From Bacteroidales bacterium UBA6117 (GTDB lineage Bacteria > Bacteroidota > Bacteroidia > Bacteroidales > VadinHA17), in contig DIWB01000003.1 in NCBI GenBank assembly GCA_002428385.1, positions 366 to 64,365 on the forward strand: 64,000 bases of DNA, in the 5' to 3' direction. The notes under the pieces are model-generated. The model made no database searches. It was not told the origin of the DNA and saw nothing but the letters and a program-made list of their open reading frames with translations. The position numbers were made by a program, and so were the translations under genes. Every line of letters begins with the position of its first letter. Position 1 is the stretch's first letter. This document shows, in pieces, positions 39,644 through 50,500 of the stretch.

Positions 39644-40917
39644 CAGCCTGCCGTAATCTCGTAAATATCCCCGGTGGTGTAGTAGGTGTTAGCGAGTTTT
39701 AGCAATTCTTCGGGAGTTATTGTCCTGATTGTATGCATTATTGTAGAAAAATAACTCAGATCAAGGCCGAATTCCCAAGCTGATTTAAAGCTTTCTGCAA
39801 TCGCCATTGGCCCGTCAAATAATCTGACAAGCTCTCCTGCCATGTAATTGCTTACTACTTCTATCTCATCAGCCTGAACCGGTATTGTAAGAAGGAGGTT
39901 TATTTCCTTTTTTATCTCATCGACTGCCTTTCCGGCATTTTCCCTTCCGACTTCAGTAGATATCATTCTGAAGCCCGATTTATCAAATGATGAAACTATA
40001 GAGTGAATCCCGTAGGTATAACCTTTTTCTTCCCGTATGTTCTTCATAAGGCGCGATCCGAAATAACCGCCCAGGATCACATTGAGGAACTTCAGCCCGG
40101 GGTAATCGGGGTGACGCTTGTTTATTGTTGCCGCTCCTATCCTTATCGCGGTCTGAACCGCTCCCTTCTTCTTAATATGCTCCTTTCTTACAGGAGAGCC
40201 TTCAAGGATGCTTTCCGTTTCAATGTTTTGAATTTTTTCTGATCTGAGACCGCCGAAATGCTTTTCCAGGGAGGCTGATGCAGAACCGGGAATTTTGCCT
40301 GATACGATAACAGCCATTTCTTCGGGCCTGTATAAGCGGGAATGGAAATCCCTTAACAGTGATGGCGTCATGCCATCGAAGTCGGGTTCACTTACCTGCC
40401 TTCCATACGGATGATTTTGTCCGAAAACGGATTCGAAGAACCTGTCACTGGCGATATTCTGGACTTTTTCCCTGTTGATTCTGAACCAGTTTAGTCTCTT
40501 CTTCATAAGCTTTTCAAGCTCTTTTGCCGGGAAAACCGGACTGAACAGAACCTCTGCAATCAGTTCCAGCGACTTGTCGAAATATCTGCTGAGGAAATAA
40601 GCGGTGAGGCCGGCAGTGTCCCTCTCCGCCTGAAGGTTCAGGAATATCCCGTAGTAGTCGAGTAAAGCGTTCAGCTCTTCCGATGTATACTTTTCGGAAC
40701 CCTCTGTGAGCATCATATTGGCCGAGCTTGCCAGCAGGGGCAGGTTTTCCTTTATAATTCCGGCTCTGAAGACACACTCAATCCTGATAACATCCTCTGT
40801 GCCGGCCTCAATCATGAAGACCCGGGCCCCGTTGTTCAATGCAAGCGATTTTAACGGAATATCAATCTGTGCATCAAAAGGATGTACCGGGGGTTGTATT
40901 CTCTGGAAACTGCTCAT
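39643..40917 (-). CDS. M16-family peptidase-like protein, non-catalytic partner
   Basis: M16 architecture, but I see no HxxEH at the expected position. The ATG at 40917 forms an ATGA overlap with the upstream gene; the track start 40959 is less likely. Confidence 0.8.
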   Translation of the reverse strand: MSSFQRIQPPVHPFDAQIDIPLKSLALNNGARVFMIEAGTEDVIRIECVFRAGIIKENLPLLASSANMMLTEGSEKYTSEELNALLDYYGIFLNLQAERDTAGLTAYFLSRYFDKSLELIAEVLFSPVFPAKELEKLMKKRLNWFRINREKVQNIASDRFFESVFGQNHPYGRQVSEPDFDGMTPSLLRDFHSRLYRPEEMAVIVSGKIPGSASASLEKHFGGLRSEKIQNIETESILEGSPVRKEHIKKKGAVQTAIRIGAATINKRHPDYPGLKFLNVILGGYFGSRLMKNIREEKGYTYGIHSIVSSFDKSGFRMISTEVGRENAGKAVDEIKKEINLLLTIPVQADEIEVVSNYMAGELVRLFDGPMAIAESFKSAWEFGLDLSYFSTIMHTIRTITPEELLKLANTYYTTGDIYEITAG

Positions 40918-42164
40918 TTGCCTGTCTTTTTTGAGGCGATGTAATACAATGTGGAACAATTCTCCGGATTGAAATGCCTGATCGCTGCATCCTTTATCAT
41001 TGGTTTGCTTACAGCCCTGTAGTTTTCAACTTCCCTGTTTATCCGGGATGCATCCCCAAGCAGCTCAAAAACCGAGAGATTGAGTGCCTTGTTCAGGATG
41101 CTTGTATTTGAAAGTACGGTTGATGATTCGTATCTGTTCTTCACCTTGTCGATCTCATCATCCATGGGGACTGTGTCCTTTAGTTCGTCAATGACCCGGA
41201 TGACAGCCGTTTCGGCTTTTTCGATATTAACACCCTTCATTAATTTTCCGGTCACGATCACAAGTCCCGGATCCAGGTCAGAGGTTATATATGCATTTAT
41301 CTCACTGAAAAGGTTTAGATCCCTGACGACCCTGTTGTAAAGCCTGCCTGATTCGCCGCCTGCAAGAAGGTCGGTTATCAAATCCATTGTATGGAAATCG
41401 GAGCCGGAGCGGGGTCCCATGTGCCATGCTTTGTAAAGAGCAGAAGCAGGCAGATCCCTTTCAACTGTCATATGTCTTTCTTCGGTCTGGACGGGTTCGG
41501 AGGGCAGGCTTCTGTCATGCTGTTCACCTGAGGGAATAGAGCCAAACCAAAGCTGAGCCAGATCGTATGCCCTGTCAGGAGTGATATTACCGGTAAGGGT
41601 TAAAATTGCCTTACCCGGATTATAGTGACGGCTGAAGAAATGCTGAACATTCTCAAGACTAATTCTTTCGATGTGCGAGGGATCAATTCCTATAGTCGGC
41701 CACCTGTAAGGGTGAGTTGTGTAAGCCAGCGGCCTCAGCCGGAGCATGGCGTCGCCGTAGGGTTGATTGAGATACCTTTGCTTGAATTCTTCAATTACAA
41801 CACTTTTCTGGACATCCAGTTTCCTGCCGGTAAAATCCGGGGCAAGCATTCTGTCGGACTCGAGCCAGAATGCAGTCTCTATGTTTCCGGAGGGAAGAGT
41901 GAGGTAATAATTGGTAATGTCGTTGTTTGTAAATGCGTTGTTCTCTCCTCCTGCAAGCTGAAGAGGGAGATCATATTCCGGGATGTTCCCGGTGCCGCAA
42001 TACATAAGGTGTTCAACAAGATGCGCCATCCCGGTCAGTGAGGGATCTTCATCCCTCGAACCGGCATCATAAAGAACATTCATGGCAACCAGGGGTGTTG
42101 ACCGGTCCTCATGCACTAAGAGCCTCAATCCGTTATCCAGCCTGTAACTCCTGAAATCTATCAT
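40914..42164 (-). CDS. M16-family zinc peptidase (pitrilysin/insulinase-like)
   Basis: Inverted zinc motif in GMAHLVEHLMY (HxxEH), 416 aa. Confidence 0.85.
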   Translation of the reverse strand: MIDFRSYRLDNGLRLLVHEDRSTPLVAMNVLYDAGSRDEDPSLTGMAHLVEHLMYCGTGNIPEYDLPLQLAGGENNAFTNNDITNYYLTLPSGNIETAFWLESDRMLAPDFTGRKLDVQKSVVIEEFKQRYLNQPYGDAMLRLRPLAYTTHPYRWPTIGIDPSHIERISLENVQHFFSRHYNPGKAILTLTGNITPDRAYDLAQLWFGSIPSGEQHDRSLPSEPVQTEERHMTVERDLPASALYKAWHMGPRSGSDFHTMDLITDLLAGGESGRLYNRVVRDLNLFSEINAYITSDLDPGLVIVTGKLMKGVNIEKAETAVIRVIDELKDTVPMDDEIDKVKNRYESSTVLSNTSILNKALNLSVFELLGDASRINREVENYRAVSKPMIKDAAIRHFNPENCSTLYYIASKKTGK

Positions 42165-42241
42165 CGCCTGGAAATTTAGAAAAAGACAAACTTAATTAAA
42201 AAACAAAGACGCTTTGTTAATGTTTTTATCTTTGCAGGGCT

Positions 42242-44017
42242 ATGTCGGTTATAAGGTTTTTCAGGAAGCTATTTGCAAAACAGTTTAATGAGATCGATCA
42301 GTCGAGGCTGATTTATATTCTCAGTCTTGCTGTAGGATTGTTCAGCTCTCTTGCTGCCGCGGTCCTTAAAAATTCCATCCATTACACAAGAAGACTACTT
42401 ACCGAAGGAATAACCCCTGAGTCCGGAAGCTATCTTTATCTTATTTACCCTGTTCTAGGTATACTGCTGACAGTATTGTTTGTAAAGTACATTGTAAGGG
42501 ACAATATTGAGCACGGCGTGAGCAGGGTACTCCATGCGATTTCAAGAAAGAAAAGCAGGATCTCCAGCCATAACAACTGGACCTCCCTTCTGGCAACAAC
42601 CGTCACCATTGGTTTCGGCGGTTCCGTGGGTGCAGAGGCCCCCATTGTGCTTACTGGTTCGTCGATCGGTTCAACCATCGGCAGATATTTTGGCCTTAAT
42701 TACAGGTATGTGACCCTCCTGATTGGCTGCGGTGCAGCCGGCGCGGTGTCGGGCATATTCAAGGCTCCCATTGCAGGGATTGTATTCACTCTTGAGGTAC
42801 TCCTGCTCGACCTTACCATGTCGTCGATAGTGCCTCTTCTCATATCCTCGGTCACCGCTGCAACAGTGGCATATTTCCTTATGGGTGACAATGTTCTTCT
42901 CTCTTTTACGATAACAGGGGCATTCAACATACGGAACATTCCCTGGTATGTCCTTCTGGGGGGGATCACCGGAATGGTATCCCTTTACTTTACCAGGCTG
43001 ACTCTGTTTCTTGAGGCCGGGTATAAGGAGATTAGAAATATTTATATAAGGTTGCTCGCAGGAGGACTTGTCCTTGGAATTCTTGTTTTTCTCTTCCCTG
43101 CTTTCTATGGAGAGGGTTATGATGCAATAATGGCTCTCCTGAAAGGAGAATCTGAATCATTGTTTCAGAGTTCGCTGTTTTCGAAGCTGGGAGGCGGATA
43201 CATGGTATTTTCGCTTTTCTTCCTCTGTCTTATCCTGCTGAAGGTGGTCGCCAGCAGCTCCACCACCGGTGCCGGAGGCGTGGGAGGGATCTTTGCCCCT
43301 ACACTGTTTCTGGGTGGGGTGACTGGTTTTCTGACAGCCAGCCTTCTGAACAAGTTTGCATTGCTTGACCTTCCCGATAACCGTTTCGTTCTGGTCGGGA
43401 TGGCCGGAACAATGGCAGCAGTTATGCATGCACCCCTTACAGCCATCTTCCTTATCGCGGAAATAACCGGCGGTTATTCCCTGCTTATACCGCTTATTAT
43501 TACATCAACCACAGCCTATATTACAGTTAAGGGCTTTGAACGGCACTCAATCTATCATATTCAGCTCGCTGAAAAAGGCGAACTGATAACCCACGACAAG
43601 GACAAGGCAGTTCTTACGATGATGGAATGGAAGAAAGAAATTGAAAGGGATCTGACAACCGTCCGCTCAACTGATAATCTTGGAGAACTCGTCAAAACGA
43701 TATCAAAATCGTCAAGGAATATTTTCCCTGTGGTCGATGAATACAATATTCTTCAGGGAGTGGTCTATCTTGATGATGTGCGGGATATTATGTTCAACAG
43801 CGACCTCTATAAGTCGGTCTTTGTAAAAGATATGATGACAATTCCTCCAACATATCTTGACCTGAGCGAAAACGTCGAAGCCGTAATGGAGGCATTTACA
43901 AAAACAGATGCATGGAACCTGCCGGTGCTCGACAAGGGTTATTATGTGGGATTCTTATCCAAATCCAGGATTTTCGGTACCTACCGCGATTTGCTCGTTC
44001 AGTTTTCCCAGGAATAG
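42242..44017 (+). CDS. ClC-family chloride channel/antiporter with C-terminal CBS pair
   Basis: ClC selectivity motifs GGSVGAEAP and GGIFAPTLFLG, about 10 or more TM segments, and two CBS-like repeats at the C-terminus. Confidence 0.9.
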   Translation: MSVIRFFRKLFAKQFNEIDQSRLIYILSLAVGLFSSLAAAVLKNSIHYTRRLLTEGITPESGSYLYLIYPVLGILLTVLFVKYIVRDNIEHGVSRVLHAISRKKSRISSHNNWTSLLATTVTIGFGGSVGAEAPIVLTGSSIGSTIGRYFGLNYRYVTLLIGCGAAGAVSGIFKAPIAGIVFTLEVLLLDLTMSSIVPLLISSVTAATVAYFLMGDNVLLSFTITGAFNIRNIPWYVLLGGITGMVSLYFTRLTLFLEAGYKEIRNIYIRLLAGGLVLGILVFLFPAFYGEGYDAIMALLKGESESLFQSSLFSKLGGGYMVFSLFFLCLILLKVVASSSTTGAGGVGGIFAPTLFLGGVTGFLTASLLNKFALLDLPDNRFVLVGMAGTMAAVMHAPLTAIFLIAEITGGYSLLIPLIITSTTAYITVKGFERHSIYHIQLAEKGELITHDKDKAVLTMMEWKKEIERDLTTVRSTDNLGELVKTISKSSRNIFPVVDEYNILQGVVYLDDVRDIMFNSDLYKSVFVKDMMTIPPTYLDLSENVEAVMEAFTKTDAWNLPVLDKGYYVGFLSKSRIFGTYRDLLVQFSQE

Positions 44018-44193
44018 AATCCGGAGCCAACTTATCTTTTCGCGGATCATTTGAAGGAAATTAGTCAAGGATGCACCAGGACTTTTCCTATTTGCATTAT
44101 ATTTGTCAAAAGGAGAGGATCCCCGTTTTTCCGGTGATCTCCGGACCTGATTTGTTATTCCATTAGTAATTTATTGAAAATCACATATTTATT

Positions 44194-45471
44194 ATGAAAG
44201 ATACATTGATATTCGATCTTATCGAGAAAGAACGTCAGCGTCAGCTGAACGGAATCGAGCTGATTGCTTCGGAAAATTTTGTCAGCCAGCAGGTACTGGA
44301 TTCTATGGGATCGGTCCTGACAAATAAATATGCAGAGGGTTACCCGGGGTACAGGTATTACGGAGGATGTGAGATAGTGGATCAGACCGAGCTCATAGCA
44401 ATCGACAGGCTGAAACAGCTCTTCGGCGCCGAATATGCAAACGTTCAGCCGCATTCCGGCGCCCAGGCCAATATGGCTGTTTTCTTTACGGTCATGAAAC
44501 CCGGAGATACATTCATGGGATTAAACCTGGCGCATGGCGGACATCTTTCACACGGATCTCCTGTGAATTCATCAGGGATCCTTTACAGGCCGGTAGCCTA
44601 CAGTGTAAAGGAAGCTGACGGACTGGTCGATTATGATATGATGGAAGAGCTTGCACTGAAAGAAAAGCCAAAAATGATAATCGGCGGGGCATCTGCCTAT
44701 TCGCGCGAGTGGGATTATGAGCGGATGAGAAAGATTGCTGATGCTGTCGGTGCCATGCTGGTTGTGGATATGGCACATCCCGCTGGACTTATTGCAGCAG
44801 GCCTGCTTAAGAATCCGCTGAAATACGCTCACATTGTTACTTCCACCACACACAAGACGCTGAGGGGACCCAGAGGCGGAATTATTCTCATGGGTAAGGA
44901 TTTTGTCAATCCATGGGGAATTACAACAACAAAGGGTGAGGTGAGGATGATGTCCTCACTGTTGAACTCAGCTGTTTTCCCCGGAGTTCAGGGTGGTCCG
45001 CTCGAACATGTAATTGCATCCAAAGCTGTTGCATTCGGAGAGGCGCTTCTTCCTGAATTCGGCTTGTACCAGTCCCGGGTTAAAAAGAATGCCGCAGTGA
45101 TGGCTGAGGCATTCATGGCCTTAGGCTACAAGGTTATATCAAACGGAACAGACAATCACCTGCTGCTGATAGACCTGCGGACAAAATTCCCTGATATTTC
45201 AGGCAAAAAAGCTGAGAATACCCTTGTACTTTCTCATATCACTGTCAACAAAAACATGGTGCCCTTCGATTCCAGATCACCATTTCTGACATCCGGACTC
45301 AGAGTCGGAACTCCGGCAATTACAACCAGGGGGCTGAAGGAAGAACATATGGGTGTTATTGTCGGCCTTATTGATGAAGTGCTTTCTAATATTGATGATG
45401 AGGTAGTTATAAAAACTGTGGGCGACAAGGTGAAAGAAATGATGAAACCGTTTCCGCTCTTTAGCTTTTGA
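44194..45471 (+). CDS. glyA: Serine hydroxymethyltransferase
   Basis: PLP-lysine motif [14 protein letters not shown] and N-terminus [17 protein letters not shown]. Confidence 0.95.
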   Translation: MKDTLIFDLIEKERQRQLNGIELIASENFVSQQVLDSMGSVLTNKYAEGYPGYRYYGGCEIVDQTELIAIDRLKQLFGAEYANVQPHSGAQANMAVFFTVMKPGDTFMGLNLAHGGHLSHGSPVNSSGILYRPVAYSVKEADGLVDYDMMEELALKEKPKMIIGGASAYSREWDYERMRKIADAVGAMLVVDMAHPAGLIAAGLLKNPLKYAHIVTSTTHKTLRGPRGGIILMGKDFVNPWGITTTKGEVRMMSSLLNSAVFPGVQGGPLEHVIASKAVAFGEALLPEFGLYQSRVKKNAAVMAEAFMALGYKVISNGTDNHLLLIDLRTKFPDISGKKAENTLVLSHITVNKNMVPFDSRSPFLTSGLRVGTPAITTRGLKEEHMGVIVGLIDEVLSNIDDEVVIKTVGDKVKEMMKPFPLFSF

Positions 45472-45489
45472 AAACGGCATGAATTAGGG

Positions 45490-46383
45490 TTATTGCAGTA
45501 CAAAGTTATATGTGATAAACCCCTTCTGTATTGCCGGTGCATCGGTCTTGGAATCAAACCTTGCCTTAAGTGCTGCTTCCTTTGCCACCCTGAGGAGATC
45601 AGCATTGAGAGTTGTGGAACCTTTTACTCCCGGATTTGCCTGAATCACTTTGCCTGATCTGTCAACACTGATTGCTACCACAACCTTGGCTCTTTCCTGG
45701 TAGTCTAAATTTGGTTTTGGCAGTGATTGAGCGCGCCTATCTCCGAGATCGTAAGAAACGCCCTGGTTTCCCAATCCGCTTCCGTCGCCCCTGTTCTGGG
45801 AGTCGACCGATCCTGTGGGTACACCCTGGTTCCCGGAACCGCCGGCAACACCTTCACTTGTGGAGGTGGTCCCTGCATTTTTTGAGCCGGCCAGTGCGTC
45901 ACGGGTTTTATTTTTGATGTCGGCTTCTCTCTTCTGTTCCGCCTCAATTCTTTTTCTCTCAGCTTCTTCAGCTTCCTTCCTTTTTCTCTCCGCTTCAATC
46001 TGCTCCCTTATTTTTCTGTCTGCCTCAATCTTTTCGAGTCGCTTTCGTTCAGCTTCGGGATCCACTTTTTTTACCTCTGGAGCCTCCTCAGTGTCCTGGG
46101 TAAGGATGGCTTCTTCATTCTGATTGTTTTGAGCAACCTGCCGAGGTGGACTTGAGGGCTCGGTTTCGACCGGAGGAACAGACGGTTCTATCATTCCAAG
46201 ACCTGTCTCATCCAATCCGAAATTAACCAGGATTCCTTCTTCCGTTTCAGGCGGTTCGGGAGCTGTGAAGGCAACAATGATCAGAAGAACCATCGTAATC
46301 AGAGCTATTATTGAGGTGCCGATGATTCCCTTCTTCCTCTCGCTGGGAATGTTCCTTATGCTGTTATTTTGGTGAAGTTGCAA
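45490..46383 (-). CDS. tonB: TonB-family energy transducer
   Basis: N-terminal TM anchor, a charged EAERKRKEAEEAERKRIEAEQKRE linker, and a C-terminal TonB_C-like fold (VVVAISVDRSGKV...GFITYNFVLQ). Follows exbB-exbD. Confidence 0.75.
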   Translation of the reverse strand: MQLHQNNSIRNIPSERKKGIIGTSIIALITMVLLIIVAFTAPEPPETEEGILVNFGLDETGLGMIEPSVPPVETEPSSPPRQVAQNNQNEEAILTQDTEEAPEVKKVDPEAERKRLEKIEADRKIREQIEAERKRKEAEEAERKRIEAEQKREADIKNKTRDALAGSKNAGTTSTSEGVAGGSGNQGVPTGSVDSQNRGDGSGLGNQGVSYDLGDRRAQSLPKPNLDYQERAKVVVAISVDRSGKVIQANPGVKGSTTLNADLLRVAKEAALKARFDSKTDAPAIQKGFITYNFVLQ

Positions 46384-46756
46384 TTATCAGTTTATAGTTA
46401 TTTGCCTGAGCAATGTTTAGTACTGCTACAACCGTTTCGAAAGGTACGTTTTTATCCGCATGCAGCGAAATATATGTCTCGGGATTTGCTCCCAGCTTTT
46501 CTTTAAGGAGCGCTTCCATGGTCTCAAGCGTCACAGGCTGCTGTTCGAGATAGTATTTCTGATCAGCAGTGATTGAAATAGTTGTCTGTGGCTTTGCCGA
46601 GGTTTGTGTGCTTCCTTTCGGCAAAAGAAGCTTGAGGGCGGTAGGATGCACCAGCGTCGACGTAAGCATGAAGAAGATGAGAAGGTTGAAAATAACATCC
46701 GTCATCCCTGTCGAGCTGAAATTAACGCTTATTTTATTTCTCTGAGATAATGCCAT
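46364..46756 (-). CDS. exbD: ExbD/TolR biopolymer transport protein
   Basis: 130 aa with a single TM (MTDVIFNLLIFFMLT) and a periplasmic domain. 1 nt after exbB. Confidence 0.85.
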   Translation of the reverse strand: MALSQRNKISVNFSSTGMTDVIFNLLIFFMLTSTLVHPTALKLLLPKGSTQTSAKPQTTISITADQKYYLEQQPVTLETMEALLKEKLGANPETYISLHADKNVPFETVVAVLNIAQANNYKLIIATSPK

Positions 46757-46757
46757 G

Positions 46758-47501
46758 TCAGCGACCTGTTTTTAACGGTTCATTCAGAATATCCAGAAAT
46801 TCAGTCATTGTGGCCTCCAGACTGAATACAACCTTTTCGGTTCTGACTACCAGTGTATTGTAGGCAAAATATCCAAGGATCCCTACAATAAGTCCGGCAA
46901 CCGTGGTTATCAGAGCTGTATAGATACCACCCGACATCATTGAAACATCAATATTGTTTCCTGCCATTTCCATATTGTAGAACGACCGAATCATCCCAAT
47001 TACAGTTCCAAGAAATCCAAGCATTGGTTCTGCTCCTGCAATTGTTGCCAGAGTTGGAAAGCCTCTTTCGAGTTTTGAAATCTCCAGCTTGCCAACATTC
47101 TCCACGGCTGTTGAAATATCGTGGAGAGGTCTTCCGAGCCTGCTTATTCCCTTCTCGATCATCCGGGCCGACGGCGAATCGGTCGATTTGCACAACGCCA
47201 TAGCGGAATCTATCTTGCCATCATGTATATAGTCCTTTATCCTGTTCATGAAATTAGTATCCTGCCTGGATGCCCTTTTTATAACATAGAATCTTTCAAT
47301 GAAAATGTATGTGGCAACCAGGAATAAAAGGAAGATAGGTATCATAACCCATCCGCCCTTGATTGCAAAATCCAGGAGTGTCAGCCTCTGAGCAGTCGTA
47401 ACCGCAGTTTCCTGTCCCTCCTGCATAAGTAATTGTAGAAATCCCATATTTTCCCCTGTTATTAATTTATTATAAATGAATTCATTATTTTGTTCCTGCA
47501 A
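46758..47501 (-). CDS. exbB: MotA/TolQ/ExbB proton channel protein
   Basis: Three TM segments and the conserved AGAEPMLGFLGTVIGMI region. Confidence 0.85.
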   Translation of the reverse strand: MQEQNNEFIYNKLITGENMGFLQLLMQEGQETAVTTAQRLTLLDFAIKGGWVMIPIFLLFLVATYIFIERFYVIKRASRQDTNFMNRIKDYIHDGKIDSAMALCKSTDSPSARMIEKGISRLGRPLHDISTAVENVGKLEISKLERGFPTLATIAGAEPMLGFLGTVIGMIRSFYNMEMAGNNIDVSMMSGGIYTALITTVAGLIVGILGYFAYNTLVVRTEKVVFSLEATMTEFLDILNEPLKTGR

Positions 47502-47590
47502 TTTTTACACAGGCGAATTTATTAAAAAACGAAAAATCGGCCCGGTCTATTATCGTGTGTTAATAACATTCTCACAATATTTATCAACTC

Positions 47591-50500
47591 TCATTCTTCC
47601 GCCGTCACTTCTTCTTCTTTCCTGAATTCTGAGGGAGGCTTTTTCTTAAAGATGTCCGTCAGCTTGTTGAAATCCTGCCTTAAAGAAAATCCCAGCCCCT
47701 GGGTATAAGGCGCTCCCTTGCCGGTATATGGATTGTTATATCTGTTAAAGACCTTGAATCTCAGTTTCTCTGTTAACCTGTATTCAATATCGAAATCTCC
47801 GATCAGAGGTGTTTCTTCAGTCTCGGTTCCGGTAACATCGAAATTTCCGTTTATTGTGACCTTGTCATTGAGCAGCTGAGTCGAAAGCGCCACCTGGAGC
47901 TGTTGTGAGCTTAAGTCCTTGGTCCCGGGTGTATAAAGGAATCCTACATCAAAATCGTTGCTGATCTGCGACAGCCAGTTGCTCAGTTGGTTTGAAAGCA
48001 TCTCGGTTGTTGTGACTGCCATTGCCGATGTTCCCGTTCCGGTAAATCCCGATGATGCACGGTAGGAGGGATCGGCATAAAAACTGTTCATCACAAGAAG
48101 ATAGATGAACTGTTTGCTCTTTTCCTCCTCGGTGGTAATGGCATTCCTAAGGTAAGTTCTCGTCTCCTCATCAGCATTCGGAAGATAGATGTTGAACCCG
48201 ACAACAGGGTTGAACAGGTTCCCGGAGAGATTCAGCTGTGGTTCAACAGGTATCCTGGCTTCATATTTGGGATCCTGAAGAATCGGGAACAGGATAGGGG
48301 AGAGTGATGTCTTTATATTCCTGTATTTTGCAGTGAGGTCGATCTCAGCGCTTTCTATATTTCCGTTGAAACTTATTTTCCCTCCCTTTTCAACTTCAAA
48401 CTTCTTGTTGAGGATATTCTTGAGTGTGAATAGATAATCGCCTTCCTCTATAGTGTAATCCCCGAAGATTTTGAATTCTCCTTTCCTGTTAAGACTGATA
48501 TTGAGCCTGCCGGAACCTTTTCCCCTGATCACGTCACCTGCTTTGGGATCAATAAGGAGCTGCACCTCAGCATCGGGAGTGACATCGAGGTCAAAATTAA
48601 GCTCGAGTGTTGATCCTGCAGAAGTTGTGGCGGCGGCCTTAAGGTCCTTTCCCTTCGCCATCATTGCGGAGTCGTGATTAATAAAGGTGACGAAGGAAGA
48701 TTCAGAAACTGACATGCCGGAATTCAGAGGTATGAAGAAGCTTGTCCCGCTGCCTGTTCTGGCAGAAATATCGAATGAAAGTGAGTTAGGGCCGCTCTTT
48801 ATTGTGGTTACGCCCGAAACGTATGCGGTTCCATAGAAAAGCTCGTTGTCGCCCTGACTGGTATTGAGAACAAGGCAGTCGTTCTTGTCCATATTGATAG
48901 TCAGATCAACAGCGAAATCCTTGAATGATTTGTGGTAGACGGCCCCGGTGAGTATGGCGCTGTTACCTTCTTCATCTGTTATCCCGGTATTCCTGAACCT
49001 GATTCCGCGCCTGTCGAACCGAATTGAATCGTTTATAGAATACCGTGTCTGGAGATAATCGATCTTGAGTGACGTGTTTTCTGGCATGAGAGAACCTGTG
49101 AGGACAAGCTCGCCCGGCGCCCCGGTGACTTTTACCCTGCCCGATACTGTACCCTTTATGTCGGACGCAAAAAAGCTTAAAAGCGGATTGAGCGCATGAA
49201 CCGGCAGATTTGAAGCGACTCCGTCAATCAGGAATTGCTTGATCCCCGGATCGTAAAAGCCAGACAGATCAAAGTTTCTGAGGCCGTTCAGATTGTTTCT
49301 CGCACTCAGATCAGCTACTTTTTTCTGCGAATTCCACCGGGAAATAACCGATACATCTCCATAATTGCCGCTGAGTATTGAAAATCCGGCGATACTGAGG
49401 TCACTCTGGATGAGAGGATCCTTCAAAGCGCTTGAGATCACAATATTCCCGTTAACAATCCCCCTGATGTCAAGAAGGAGCGGCTCCTTGCCTGCATTTT
49501 CAGCCTGTTTGGCCGGACTGTTCAGGGGGCTCAGGTCTATCCCGTTAAACAACAATTTCAGGGTGTCATTCTGATTCCCTGAAACAGAGCCGTCGGCAAT
49601 ATAGGAATGGGCTCCGCTTGAGACTACGAAACGGTTGATTGTTGTTGATGCTGAATCAATGATTATCGATGATTTTCTTACTGTCCATGTTTTTTTCGAT
49701 GTGGTGACATCCGTTGAGTCAATGTCGATCCGGAGAAATGATCCGGTTCTGCCGTCATCCCTGGGGATGAACGATCCTCTCGAAATAAAGGATCCCTTGC
49801 TTATTTTACCGATCCTGTCATTCCAGTCAAGATCGAAATTGAATTCGTCAGAACCCGCGTTGAAACCTGCCCGGAATTCCTTCAGATCGGCTCTTCCCAG
49901 AACCAGCAGCGAAGTACTCCTCATGTCGGCCATGAATGCCGATTCCGAATAGAGCGCTTTCAGTGAAAAATTGCTGAAGGTGTTGTTCCTGAAAACGAGC
50001 TTCCCTGCATCTGCAGACATGGTTATCAGACTGTCCCTGTAAAATGATCCGCTCATGGTGCTCTTTTCCGAAAGGAGAAGACCTGTTTTGAAGAAATTGT
50101 TCAGTTTGTCAGTGTTCCTGAATCTGACGTTATATGTAAATTCATTTGCTGAAAGTCCGCCTGAAAGCTCAGGAGCACTGAATTTTGACGGCAGGAGGGT
50201 GGCAAGGGCTGATTTCAGGACCAGACCTATTTCACCAAACTTATAATAGCCCCTCAGGTCGGCATCAACAAAATCGGTCTTTACGGAAAGGGCAGGCTTG
50301 CCGCCTTCATTAAATGCCTTCAGGGTAAAGTCGTACAAATCGAGTTTGTTGCCGTATTTCTTTATTGTGGAATTAAGCAGTCTGATTTCGCCGAAAAGGT
50401 TGTCAATGTTATTTCCCCTGAAATTTGCAGTTGCCAGCATGGAAAGTCCAGCTGTGGTGTCGCGTTTGTCAAAATTCAGCCTGTAAAGGTTCGATTCGGC

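Noticed and set aside
42165-42241. Fluoride riboswitch upstream of the ClC gene; also a TATCTTTG box (42227..42234) and the inverted repeat AACAAAG-acg-CTTTGTT (42202..42218)
   Set aside because: I find nothing resembling the crcB-motif core, and the 77-nt gap is AT-rich. The ClC has CBS domains and canonical chloride-type motifs, not the fluoride-type. The -7-like box is only 7 nt from the ATG with no properly spaced -33, so I do not call a promoter. The small inverted repeat is noted but has no supporting context.
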